A stretch of 64,000 bases of DNA. It comes from Octopus sinensis. Its lineage: Eukaryota. Position numbers and translations under genes: made by a program. Shown here piece after piece: positions 22,681 to 36,572 of this stretch. The DNA lies in NCBI RefSeq assembly GCF_006345805.1, contig NC_043002.1, forward strand, positions 38,254,001 to 38,318,000, read 5' to 3'. Positions within the stretch are counted from its first letter, which is position 1. Each line of letters begins with the position of its first letter. A model generated the notes under the pieces. It did no database searches. It was not told the DNA's origin and saw only the letters and a list, made by a program, of their open reading frames with translations.

Positions 22681-24701
22681 ATTAGTTTAACCTAAGAAAC
22701 AATGGCATACTGCTTTAGCATTTCGGGCATCGGTGCTTGTTAAGAAGAAACGACGAAGAGAGACAGAGAGCGCGAAAAACATAATTGGAGGAAAGAGACA
22801 GGAAATGTGGAGAGCTAAAATCTTGAGAAAAAAGCGATTCTATGAGGTAGATTCAAGGAGAGAGGTGAGGTGGTCGTGCAAGTGCCATGTTTCAGTAAGG
22901 GTGCGCTTAGTGGCTAAGACGTTCGGTATTTATTAGATTAGGAGTTTGATGGGTTGAATGTATAATAAATACATAAATAAAAAAGCGTAAAAAGTGAGTT
23001 TTTGCGTGGATCGTGCTCACATGGTAAAAATATCATAAGGGAAACCGGTGTATTTGAGAAAGTAAAATCGAAATTGTAAACTCCAAGATCCAAGAATTAA
23101 AACTCCCAAACATTTAGATTGTATTGGTAGGTTGAATATGTGAGTTTTAAATCGCTCTTGTGCCTACGTAGAAATAGTAGAAAAGAAGAAAAAGAGAATA
23201 AGGCGATAAATTGTTACTTATGATGCGCACAACGGAGGCGAGGACGATGAAGTACAGGTTGAATAGATTGTGGCTGGTAATGTTGACTGGTAATTCGTAA
23301 ATATGCAATGAGGTCCTGTTCCATTTGGAAGTGATAGACTGTTATTGGAAGTCAACTCAAAATGAGTATATATTGGGTGCAGTGGTCGGTGGAGCGGAAA
23401 TATCGAGCGACAGGTGACACGTTGCCCAACCAGATATTTACGAGGTGCTCTACGAACTGTCGGAGTGCGGCAGACAGTTTGCCGCTTGTGTATTGATTCG
23501 TAGAGAGAATACGTGTATGTGTAGTTAAGGCTAAATCTGTATCCATTCTTCAAGAACAAAGAACAAAAAAACACATTTTGCAATCACGTATTATAGTTGA
23601 TTCAAATAACTTCAGTTTTTTCTTTGTAAATTTGGGACCCCATACGAAATACTTGTGAATGAATATGTGTGTGTATGATTCTGAGTGATTGTGTGTGTGT
23701 GTGTGAGTATATGAGCGTATATTACTCTGATAAACAGCCATAACAAAGAAAATGACGGAATTATGAAATTGTTTAATTTAACTTGGCTACTAATTACTTT
23801 CTTTATTCATAAGGAAAGAATACGTATCCAACCTTCAAAGCAAGTTGAACATAATGGGTTGTAACTAAATACTGCAAGACATTGGAATCTTCAATACATT
23901 CCCAATGTTCCTAGAGTTTGTACCAATCAACTATTTTAAGCCATAATACACTAAATCTACAACTTTATCGTTGACATACTAATCCATTAGAGTAATACAA
24001 CCACATAATCAATCATTACACTGCTACAACTCTCTCAGCATTAACGAATTACAAACTTACGTAGATTATTTGTTATCGGTATACAAAACATAGCACATAT
24101 AGTTGGAAGATGAACTATGCTCCTTATCTTTTTGAATATTGATGTTACTTTACTATCTGTTACCCTGATACGTAAATGAAATACTTAACAGTTAAGCCTG
24201 AAAGGTAGTCATATTGAATATACAAAATATGTTCTGCTTATATAGAATTATTTGAATAATAAATAATTCAGAGATATTCGCATGAAGAGTGATAGATACA
24301 TTAATGCTAACATATTTAGTGCATGAGAACCTTAAGGAAGCTAAACAGAAAATAAATATACAAAGACTACCGAATAAGAAAGCCATTAGTCAATGGCAAA
24401 TATTATTTCCATTTATCTGGCAAGTGTATGGGACTCCTTTGGATATATTTCCGACATATTTTGCGCTTCACCGCGAAATAAAGCCGTCACTATTCTCATT
24501 GAAGTTGGATTGAAATAAGCATTAAATATATATAGCAGATTGTATATTGCCACCGAAAATCGGATTCTATAACCATTAAATATTACATACGAAGAAAAAG
24601 ATTAAGTAAGTCAGTGATAATGTATTTAATATAAAGAATATTAAAGAGATAACTAGAAATAAATATCCGGTGAGAAGTTAATAATTCTTATCATATATAT
24701 A

Positions 24702-25875
24702 CCCAGGCCTATTCCCCATTTTTGGGTGGGGGGAGGGGGTAGCCACAGCAAGACGCACATCAGGCATTCTATTCATCTCCCTGTTCAAAGAGGGGAGTCC
24801 CGTTCTATGCTCGGGTCAAAGCATAGAACGCAACCCTCAATATCAGCAGCGGGGCCCGACAGTGTGTGTTGGTTTACTCCGCTGCCTCATGCTAGTTCCT
24901 TACTCCTTTGAGCAGCATCAAATTCACTCATCCGTTCACAAAAACTCTCCAGGTTTTCCTATCATTCATAAACACTCATACTTCTCTCACTCCAACATCT
25001 CTAACCACCAAAGCTATCCTCATTCCATCCATCCACACAAACCGAGGTCTGCCTCGGGTTCTGCTGCCTACCACTTCTGCCTTCATCACCTTCCTTACCA
25101 TCCGCTCCTCATCCATCGTCTACATGTGGCCAAACTACCTCAACATTCGTCTATCTATTTTGGTTGTTAGTTTTTCTCTCATTCCTGCTCGTATTCGCAC
25201 CTCCTCATGTCTCATCCTGTCCATCCGTGTTACACCGACTATAGCCCTCAGACATCTCATCTCTAACACAACTGCTTTCCTGCTTTCCACCTCTACACCA
25301 TATAACATTGTCGGCATAGTCATGCATTCATATACACCTCTTTTCGCTTTCATACTCAACCTTTTATCTCTCAGCATACTTTTCACAACTCCAAGTATCT
25401 TACTCCTCTCCCTCACTCTGTATCCCACCTCCTCAACCCCCCCCCATCAACCATCACATGTGTCCCCCAGATAATTAAAATCACTCACCTTCTCTAACAT
25501 CTCACTATTTATACTCACATCCATCCTACCATCCAATCCATCTCTCGAATATCTCATAACCATACTCTTAGCTACATTCACTTTCAGTTTCCTCTTCTCA
25601 CACACTCTTCCAAACTCCACCACCGGTCTCCTCACTTACTCTTCCGAATCCGTCACCTGCCATTTCTCTCCATTTTCTCCCACCATTTGAACTCCCCCAC
25701 CAAAGGTTCTAGCATTTACCTGTCTCAACACACCATCCATATAAATTAAACATCCATATATAAATTAACACAACCCTGTCTTAACTCACCTTCACACAAA
25801 ATCACTCACCCTAACGCACGCCCTACTTTCTCTATAAAAACTTAACAACTCTCAACAATCTAACATCTACCTGGG
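24702..25875 (-). mobile_element. RTE-clade LINE, 5'-truncated, decayed
   Basis: Minus frames RKLKVNVAKSMVM, FNYLG, PTMLYGVE, EMRCLRAIVGVTRMDRMRHEEVR, LR*FGHM, RGRPRFVWMDG; 3' UTR contains a 10-bp hairpin GTTCTATGCT/AGCATAGAAC. Confidence 0.92.
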
Positions 25876-27107
25876 TATGACTATAAACTACATCCGGTAG
25901 CGGACCCTGGGTCCCTGGTTTCAGGGTTTGAGGAGTGCGGACGACCTCTTAGACACTATTGTTCCCAGATCTACTCTGACCCAGAGTGGTAGCACCTGTA
26001 AGGGTCCCAGCTATGGATTAACTAGCAAAGCCCGCCGCGACTGGCGGGGGAATCGGTAGAATGCTGTCCCTGAGTATTCTCTGGGTGGCGTAAGAGGCGA
26101 CTAAAAGGGGCGGGAGTGAGGGGACAGGGAATCTTCTCCTCTTAGTAAATCCATATTCCTAAAAAGGCAGCGAGACAAAGTTAATAATTACTAATAATAT
26201 TTTAAGGTGGTAGATTATCAATCTTGCCAGGTCAGAAGAAATACCTCGAGGAATCTATTCCGCTTCGAACTTCAAATCATGTCGAACTACTTTTCCTTCA
26301 ATCATATCAAAATCGATAAAAATCAGTCAAGTACTGGGGCCAATAATTTACTCAGAATCGATCACACTATGCTCTATGTAAACAACGAACAAGAGCACTC
26401 ACAGTATCTCTTTCCCACAAGTGAGCCACTTACACTTTATCATAATAAAGAGAATGGTGTCATCAAATGCCGGACAAGATTGTGGCACTTGATAAATGTC
26501 ATTTAGATTTTTATGGCAAGCTTTATGGAACTATTTAGGAGATGACAAATAACCTTAGTTTATATATGCCTAGATTTACATAACTTGCATGAGAATAGTT
26601 ATAATTTATATTACATCTACAAACGTGGAAATTTCAATTTCACTTGCATTATGACTTTATGCAGTTAATTGGAAAATACGAAACTGCTTTTGACATCATG
26701 TGAGGATAATAATACAATCTTCGGGTTATTAACCTCATCTTCAGAAAAGAAAGCTATATATGTAATACATAACGCTCCGATCAGTTTGATCGCCGATTAT
26801 CTTTGTTCTAAGCTAAGCTTGAACCTTTATTTCTGAACTATGCGCACTTCTGTTCTTATCTGCTGGGTGACTTATTATGGACAATTGATGTTACAGCTTT
26901 ACGTAATTTATCTTTCAACTCAATGTGGCTGTCTTTACAGAAATACATGTTTTTCTGCTCACCACGACTTGTTCTCCACTGTCAAGTCATTATCAACCTA
27001 ACTAAGGTATAAAATGGAAGACATAATCGAAATCTTTAACATCATGAAACATTTTTTTTCAGATCAATAAATTTATGGGTCAAAGTAGAAATGTTTAGAT
27101 TTCACTA

Positions 27108-27162
<55 letters not shown>

Positions 27163-27469
27163 ATATATAATATATATATATAATATATATATATAACCTA
27201 AAATTAAGGTACTCAATAACTGTGCTAGTGGAAATGGATAAGAATTCTATTATCTTCGGTTAGGAGAATTATGCTTCTATTTAAGCTGGTACGGTAGTAA
27301 TGTATATGTCACAGAATTATAAGTATGAAACACTGAAATGTAGTATATATGTAATTAAAGAAAGATTAATTGCAGCGTGGAAGGTATTTATAAGCCATTT
27401 AAGAAACACACAAAAACCGTTAGATTCACTTCAACATTTAATTTGTCAAAATATTTTCTTCGCTTTCAG

Positions 27470-27573
27470 ACCGCGACCTGTTCACTGACAAAATTCCGTA
27501 CAGCACAAGATGCCGAGTTCTCTATGAGTTAATCTGCTCGAACGAGTCGACACCACGCATTGTTATAGAGACT
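27470..27573 (+). CDS. candidate 104-bp internal exon (RDLFTDKIPYSTRCRVLYELICSNESTPRIVIET), unverified
   Basis: Strong acceptor TTTTCTTCGCTTTCAG|, 34 open codons, possible donor ACT|GTAATA. Confidence 0.3.
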
Positions 27574-29568
27574 GTAATAATAAGAAAATAACTGAGATCT
27601 ATATAATAATGAAAGTATCTGATTGAGAAAAGAAACTGCGAATAACTTCACTGGAGTACATCTATTTAACATTTGCAATTGTTATGGTTTTATTTCACAT
27701 CACTACTTCTTGATATGCTTACACCGATTTGAATCAGCTATGTGTTTTCCGTTAAAAAAAAAACAATGTTTAAGTTAACTCACCTTGTCTGAGATTCTCT
27801 ACAATACTTAGCAAAATATTTTTTCCCCCAAAGCATAAAACGCCCAATGAACGCTATCAAATATTTTATATATTTATTTTCTGCAATCACGTTATCAATT
27901 ACCGTATAGTAACTACTGAATGTAGCGTGACATATTTGTGTTCGGAAAATAAGTGCATGTATCGTGAGGAATGTCCGTTTTGACGTTTCGGAAGAAGTCA
28001 TCTTTGCAAAAATAACTGGTGCATTGGAAAACCGTTTTTGTGATATATACACCTTTTATCTGATTACTTCTAATAATATAACACTATAGATCACATACTA
28101 ATGACTGAATAGACTCTCAAATACGAAATTCGAAAACATTATATCAAACTAAAATGTTTGTATGTTGTGTAACATTCGTACTTGATCACAGCGATTGGGA
28201 AATGATAACTCGGTTGAAAGCTTTTCAACTGAGCATTATTGATTTTATTTATTTTTTTAATTTACAGAGATATCCAGCCGACACAATTCGCTGAAGAAAT
28301 TCCCAATTTCTAATGTAATATACAAATTCATATGCAAACATGACAGCTGTAAACTTCAAGACTCTAAATATTATATTAGATATACAAATATACTCCTAAC
28401 TTTCTGGACGACTGACCATGCATCTAAAACAAAGTGCCATTGAAACACACAAAATAAAATAAAAAAACAACTACGTAGATGATATGTAGCCAATAACGTA
28501 AGCATATTATTGAATTTTCTCCCCAGAGACTAGAAGATTGGTCATGGGAACGACTTTAATATTAAAATACCCAGCTTACGCAAAACACGAGGTATTAGCA
28601 AACGAACACCAGAAAACATGGACAATTTTTGTGATTAATGAAATGTTTTTCATGCGAACAGTCAAATATTTTTAAAGACAGGTCGTCAGGAATAAGAAAG
28701 TGACATAATGTCGTCTCTATAATTCCTCTATAATGATTTCTTACATAACCACAAAGTGACAGATTTCGGGATAAATGGTATAATTGAGTATATAAACTCA
28801 GTGTATCACTGGTACTTTATTTTATTATAGCTGGACGGCAGAAAGAGAATATCAGACACAAATGGAATATTAATTCAGAATGCAAAATGCTTAGACAAAT
28901 AATTAAAAGCAATTTGTTGGAAACGACACCGATTCTGTCATTCCTTCATTGAGATGGAGGAAATTCTCACGAAGTCACTCGACCAGTAAAAAATAGCAAA
29001 ACGCTACCATCTTATAATGTTGTCGTAGACAATACGCTTCGGTGTAGCTTTGATCCGGTGTTAAACAGCATCGCATCAACGAGAGTCAAAATAAACGTGA
29101 CTAAAAATGTTTCAGCGTAAAGTTAAGGCTGAGAAATTCTTGTAGTACCGTTCGTGCTCCGCAATAATTGCTCCAAATGAAACAAAGGGATGATACAGGA
29201 GCAGGAAAACTCTTGAAGTAACACTAAAATTAGAGTATGGATAGCGTTTAATATTTCATGTGTAATACAAAAAAATTGTCTCCCACAAATAACCGCACAC
29301 ACGCATACGTACATGCATGCACACATACATACTACATATATACATGCACATATATGTGTATACATACATACAAACACACATGCATACATACACACACAGA
29401 AACACTCAAGCATACACATGCATATGCTATACAATATATATGTATGTATATATATGTATATAAATTTATATATATGTGTGTGTGTATGAATATATTTACA
29501 TCTATATATGTATCTATCTATCACGTGTTATATAAATATATATATGTGTGTGTGTGTGTGTGTGTACG

Positions 29569-29662
<94 letters not shown>

Positions 29663-29679
29663 TTATATATATATATATA

Positions 29680-29776
29680 TACGAGGGGTGAATGAAAAGT
29701 CTTGAGCCTTGAATAGAACAAAACATGGTACAAGACTTTTGATGACTTCAAGGCTCAAACTTTTCATACACCCCTC

Positions 29777-29779
<3 letters not shown>
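29680..29779. mobile_element. 100-bp mariner-type MITE
   Basis: TACGAGGGGTGAATGAAAAGTCTTGAGCCTTGAA ... TTCAAGGCTCAAACTTTTCATACACCCCTCGTA: ~33-bp TIRs, TA ends inside (TA)n. Confidence 0.88.
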
Positions 29780-29837
<58 letters not shown>

Positions 29838-31595
29838 GCATCCTATCCCTTTCTTATGCCGTTGTTCTCACGCGTTCAAAATAATTTTTCTTTCGTTCGG
29901 CTTAACCTTCGTATTACTATTATTCTACTTGTCCTGTCGTTACTTACTGTTTTTATTTGTATTTTACTGTCTTATATTTTTTTACTGTCCTATTTTTGTT
30001 ACCACTTTTACCCCTCCGCAAAAAAATCTCAAATTTTATTTAATTTGCTTTGCGGAAAGGACCGTTTCACCGAGGTCGTGTCTCGCCTTTAACTTCGAAA
30101 CATGGAGTAGACGAACGGAGGCGGTTGAAGAAGGAGAATTATCCTTGTGTTGTATGTCTTGTACCCTGTATTTTCGTTGTTTAAAAAGTGTCCGTTTCTA
30201 TTGTTCTGTTATTATGTTTTCGTTTCTCATTGTTTCGGCGTTTCTTTTGATGTCCTGTGTCTATATATGCATGTATATATATGTATGTATGTGTGCGTGT
30301 GTTGTGTGTGTGTGTGTGTTATGTGTGTGTGTGTTGTGTGTGTGTGTTATATGTGTGTATATTATATATAAATATATGTTATATTTGTGTGTTGTGTGTG
30401 TGTATTATATGTATGTGTGTTGTGTTTGTGTGTTCCGTATGTATGTGTGTGTGGTGTGTGTGTGGTGTGTGTGTGTGTAGATTATGTGTGTATGTGTGTT
30501 GTGTGTGTGTGTGGTGTATATGTGTGTGTGTGGGATGTGTGTGTGTGTGACATGTGTGTGTGTGTGTGTGCGTGTGTGTGTATATATATGTATATGTAGT
30601 GTGTGTGTATGGCCCGCACACACGCGTAGACGCGCACGCGCACGAACACGCGCGCGCACGGGCGGGCACGCATATACACACACCATCCTACCCCCAAAAA
30701 TTCTTTAAACAACACACATCTATTTACACCACCCTGGAACCAATCAAAAACAGCCCCCCCACACACACACAGACACTTGTATACGTGTATGTGCACGCAC
30801 ACAGGGACACACACACTCACACCAATCTCACCTCCATACAGGCACATATATACACACGCAGCACCATGTCAAATGCCATCCACACACATACATGCGTGCA
30901 CGCGCGCACACACACACACACACACACCATGACAACCACACACGCGGTTGACAAACAGACACCATCTGACCAAATACTAGAGACACACAGACACATCTAT
31001 TCACACAACATGTATATGTATGCACACACACATACACGCAGAGACACACATATTCACCTCATCCTAACCCTAAAATTAATTGATGCTTGAAGGAGAGCCA
31101 AAAAAAGAAAGAGAAAACGGGTACATCGTTTTCAATTCTACATTTCTGCTAAAACGGACAGGCCAGTAACAACCTCAGCACTACATTAATGTAAATCTTT
31201 TTGAATTCATAATATTCTGTACTGAACTTTTTTAATAATTCCTCTTGGAAATTACCCTGAGATGTATAATATATTTGTTTTAATCTTTTCTGCCCATTTT
31301 TTCAATGAGCTTGTTAAACCTCTTTATATTCTCAACATACTGTTGTACGTGATACATGTAACACTGTTACCAACAGACTGTTACCAAAGACTGTATATAT
31401 ATATGTAATGTAGCAATTTGCAACAACCAATAATTAACGCAACCAAACTTCCACATGTTACTTTTGACAATCTTTTTCCAAAGAGTGAAACCGGTAAAGT
31501 AAATAAACATCTTTTAAATTGCATTTTCAAACCTTCTTTCGTATATAATTCCACTCGTGCGATACCCCTTTGTTATATATACATACATACATACA

Positions 31596-31638
<43 letters not shown>

Positions 31639-31639
31639 A

Positions 31640-31737
31640 TACGAGGGGTGAATGAAAAGTCTTGAGCCTTGAATAGAACAAAACATGGTACAAGACTTTT
31701 GATGACTTCAAGGCTCAAACTTTTCATACACCCCTCG

Positions 31738-31739
<2 letters not shown>
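31640..31739. mobile_element. 100-bp mariner-type MITE (duplicate copy)
   Basis: Identical to 29680-29779. Confidence 0.88.
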
Positions 31740-31800
<61 letters not shown>

Positions 31801-33532
31801 GCATCCTATCCCTTTCTTATGCCGTTGTTCTCACGCGTTCAAAATAATTTTTCTTTCGTTCGGCTTAACCTTCGTATTACTATTATTCTACTTGTCCTGT
31901 CGTTTACTGTTTTTATTTGTATTTTTACTGTCTTATATTTTTTTACTGTCCTATTTTTGTTACCACTTTTACCCCTCCGCAAAAAAATCTCAAATTTTAT
32001 TTAATTTGCTTTGCGGAAAGGACCGTTTCACCGAGGTCGTGTCTCGCCTTTAACTTCGAAACATGGAGTAGACGAAACGGAGGCGGTTGAAGAAGGAGAA
32101 TTATCCTTGTGTTGTATGTCTTGTACCCTGTATTTTCGTTGTTTAAAAAAGTGTCCGTTTCTATTGTTCTGTTATTATGTTTTCGTTTCTCATTGTTTCG
32201 GCGTTTCTTTTGATGTCCTGTGTCTATATATGCATGTATATATATGTATGTATGTGTGCGTGTGTTGTGTGTGTGTGTGTTATGTGTGTGTGTGTTGTGT
32301 GTGTGTGTTATATGTGTGTATATTATATATAAATATATGTTATATTTGTGTGTTGTGTGTGTGTATTATATGTATGTGTGTTGTGTTTGTGTGTTCCGTA
32401 TGTATGTGTGTTGTGTGTGTGTGTGGTGTGTGTGTGTAGATTATGTGTGTATGTGTGTTGTGTGTGTGTGGTGTATATGTGTGTGTGTGGGATGTGTGTG
32501 TGTGTGACATGTGTGTGTGTGTGTGTGCGTGTGTGTGTATATATATGTATATGTAGTGTGTGTGTATGGCCCGCACACACGCGTAGACGCGCACGCGCAC
32601 GAACACGCGCGCGCACGGGCGGGCACGCATATACACACACCATCCTACCCCCAAAAATTCTTTAAACAACACACATCTATTTACACCACCCTGGAACCAA
32701 TCAAAAACAGCCCCCCCACACACACACAGACACTTGTATACGTGTATGTGCACGCACACAGGGACACACACACTCACACCAATCTCACCTCCATACAGGC
32801 ACATATATACACACGCAGCACCATGTCAAATGCCATCCACACACATACATGCGTGCACGCGCGCACACACACACACACACAACACCATGACAACCACACA
32901 CGCGGTTGACAAACAGACACCATCTGACCAAATACTAGAGACACACAGACACATCTATTCACACAACATGTATATGTATGCACACACACATACACGCAGA
33001 GACACACATATTCACCTCATCCTAACCCTAAAATTAATTGATGCTTGAAGGAGAGCCAAAAAAAGAAAGAAAACGGGTACATCGTTTTCAATTCTACATT
33101 TCTGCTAAAACGGACAGGCCAGTAACAACCTCAGCACTACATTAATGTAAATCTTTTTGAATTCATAATATTCTGTACTGAACTTTTTTAATAATTCCTC
33201 TTGGAAATTACCCTGAGATGTATAATATATTTGTTTTAATCTTTTCTGCCCATTTTTTCAATGAGCTTGTTAAACCTCTTTATATTCTCAACATACTGTT
33301 GTACTTTTTTATGTCCGTAACATGTCACTGTTACCAAAGACTGTATATATATATGTAATGTAGCAATTTGCAACAACCAATAATTAACGCAACCAAACTT
33401 CCACATGTTACTTTTGACAATCTTTTTCCAAAGAGTGAAACCGGTAAAGTAAATAAACATCTTTTAAATTGCATTTTCAAACCTTCTTTCGTATATAATT
33501 CCACTCGTGCGATACCCCTTTGTTATATATAC

Positions 33533-33588
<56 letters not shown>

Positions 33589-34027
33589 TATATATACATA
33601 CATACATACATATACATGCATACATAATACATACATACATACATACATGCATGCATACATACGTACATACATATATAATGACAGAGAAATAGTTTGATTA
33701 AATTTCATTTAAAAATGAAAAGATCCAGATGTCACGTAATTTAAAAACATGTAAATGATGTATTTCATTAAATTTAGTAACAAATAAATTATTTCGTGCT
33801 ATGTGTAATGTGTCTCTATATTGATGATGTTTTCATGAATGTAGTTCCGCCTTCGTTGACCTGTATCACGGTGCAAAAGCCTCCAGACATCTAACCAGGC
33901 CTAATGTTCAGTAAAATGGCAGTAGTACACAAAACTCAAAATCTTTGTCATTTGTGATATTATATACACCTTATCGTTTTCTGTTGTATCGTATTATATA
34001 CTATATATGTTTTCTTGAGTGATATGC

Positions 34028-34160
<133 letters not shown>

Positions 34161-34169
34161 TGGAATATC

Positions 34170-34540
34170 GTGGAAAGACGCTTACCAAACGCTGACATGA
34201 AAATTTACACAAAACAGTAGAAAACGACGCCGCCATAGCATGGTACCAAATATCCCAACATCGCCATTAAGTTACAGGACAACATTCTGCAACAGCTTGC
34301 GTTTCAAGGACCCACAGCTTTTCAATATCCTCTAGATGTTGACGTCTACAAAACAAAACTGGGTCTTCTCCAGTCAAGAATTCCAGATGAGCATACTTCA
34401 GGGCAGGAAAAGCAGATGGGAGCAGCAGCATTAAATTCCTTAGTTCATCAAATGCCACATATTAGAGGAGTTTCGAGACGTAATGAAGGTGTAGCAAAGC
34501 TAACGGGTGTGCCTCTGCTTGACCACAACTCTCGAGCTGA
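34170..34540 (+). mobile_element. non-LTR retrotransposon (CR1/L2/Jockey-like) C-terminal remnant
   Basis: FCNSLRFKDPQLFNIL/DVDVYKTKL...RIPDE...AAALNSLVHQ resembles the NSL..RGP.LFN.LP...FK..LD...PDEP...SNSL..Q LINE C-terminus. Confidence 0.6.
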
Positions 34541-34612
34541 AACTGGTTAAAGGGTTAGAGTTTTATACATACACACACACAATACTCACACACATCCATA
34601 TATATATATATA

Positions 34613-34863
34613 TCACCGTGATCACCGTGACCGACCAGGCTAACAGATGTTGCTACACATCGCTGGTCACAATGCCCTTCACATTGTTTTAGACTCCAAA
34701 TGACACCACCTCGCTGGCTAGGTGAGCAGGCTAACAGAAGAAAGAGTGAGAGCTTTAGATGTTTACGCTCAATAAATAATCACAACGCCCGGTCTGGTAA
34801 TCGAAACCGCGATCCTACGTCCGCGAGTTCGCTGCCCTAACCACTGAGCCATTGCGCCTCCAC
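34613..34863 (-). mobile_element. tRNA-derived SINE (family H)
   Basis: Minus strand GGAGGCGCAATGGCTCAGTGGTTAGGGCAGCG...GGTTTCGATTACC (A and B boxes); related to 36310-36572. Confidence 0.8.
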
Positions 34864-35174
34864 ACACACTTACACACACACACAAACACACACACAGACA
34901 CACAAACACACACACACACATATATATATATATATGTACACACACAGACACATATATATATACAGAGGCACTCAGATAAATAGTATTACATGCATGGTGT
35001 ACGTACGATCAAACACTCCAGTATTTATATGAAGTGTAAATACAGCCCAAATTATACACTTACCTGAGAATTGAAAAAGTGATATTTGTACTTAACCTCT
35101 TGAGAAATTTCAGCCCCAAATACATTTATACATACATATATACATACATAATACATACATACATACATACATGC

Positions 35175-35228
<54 letters not shown>

Positions 35229-35240
35229 ATATATATATAT

Positions 35241-35284
<44 letters not shown>

Positions 35285-35711
35285 GAACGGATGCACACAC
35301 ATATACACACACATACACGCACACGACACACATATTTATATAATATGATGAAAGTGTTTGGCGCATACAAATAACACCTTAAAGTCGTATTGTTTAACAG
35401 TTTTGATTTATAAGCGTTTTTCTCTCATCAATTATTTGAATCCACAAATAGTGTTGATTTAACGTGATTCGTTCCTTCTTGACTCCGTTTATTGCTGTGG
35501 AAACTGCTTCGTAACGGTACACATGTACTTTGCGGAATGTGTGCTAAGTGAGGTGGTCTGACTTCAGCGATTCTTATTTCTTTTTCCTCCATTTTCCCGG
35601 AATGCCATTGAAGAGGGAAGATGAGAAACACGCGGCTAACATAAACAAACACCGACATTTTTTCATGTGTGTGCGTGCGTGGATATATATATATATATAC
35701 ATACGCTTTCA

Positions 35712-35756
<45 letters not shown>

Positions 35757-36089
35757 GCTTTCATTAACGCTGCAGGGTTGTAATCAACTCCCTACCTGGA
35801 AACTTGTGCGCGTGCTGCTCGTTTTCCAAAACAGGTTTTGGCATTTCATTTAGCTTCCACTTCGTAACTTTCATTTGTCGGCTCGATACGGTTGAGTCCG
35901 CTCACGTGCGAGGCCTTCGTGATGTTTTTGGGAATCTGACACAAAATGAACACTCAGTTACCCGCAATGCAAAAGTACTTCATCTTTTGTGCGAACACAT
36001 TCACACACAAACACATGCACGCACACACCTTTAGGAAGGCACATAGCGATGGGGAAAGATATAGTATGAGTAATAGAAAGTTGTGTATG

Positions 36090-36137
<48 letters not shown>

Positions 36138-36309
36138 TATAATGTGTGTGTGTGTGTGTGTGTACATATATTTACATATATATATATACATGCATACAGA
36201 CATCATACAAATATACATATATATGTATGTATTTATACATACATAAATGTATGTATATATATATGTATATGTGTTTATATATATATAAAACCACTGGCGC
36301 TAACCACGA

Positions 36310-36572
36310 AATGGGCCAGTGGTTAGGGCAGCGGACACGCGGTCTTATGATCGCAGTTTCGATTCCCAGACTGGGCTTTTTGAGTGTTTATTGAGCGAAT
36401 ACACCTAAAGCTCTACGAGGTTTCGGCAAGTGGAGGTGTGAACCCTGCTGTACTTTTTCATCACAACTTTCTCTTACTGTCTCTTCCGTGCCATGCTGAA
36501 TCTCCCCCGAGAACTACGTTAAGGGTACACGTGCCTGTAGAGTGCTCAGCCAATTGCACGTTAATTTCAACT
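36310..36572 (+). mobile_element. tRNA-derived SINE (family H)
   Basis: ATGGGCCAGTGGTTAGGGCAGCGGAC...AGTTTCGATTCCC head; TTTATTGAGCG..ACACCTAAAGCTC shared with 34613-34863. Confidence 0.8.

Larger units (their letters stand above)
29680..33546. repeat. near-identical 1.96-kb tandem duplication (29680-31598 / 31640-33546)
   Basis: MITE, family F repeat, CA/GT blocks and unique 3' sequence all recur at an offset of ~1960 bp; differences are mostly small indels. Confidence 0.95.

Noticed and set aside
26207-26506. 99-aa ORF
   Set aside because: GTG start, no recognisable motif, and no convincing splice signals.
35836-35975. Possible exon GFGISFSFHF...TRNAK
   Set aside because: Weak acceptor and donor, competing open frames, and position between microsatellites; not distinguishable from chance.
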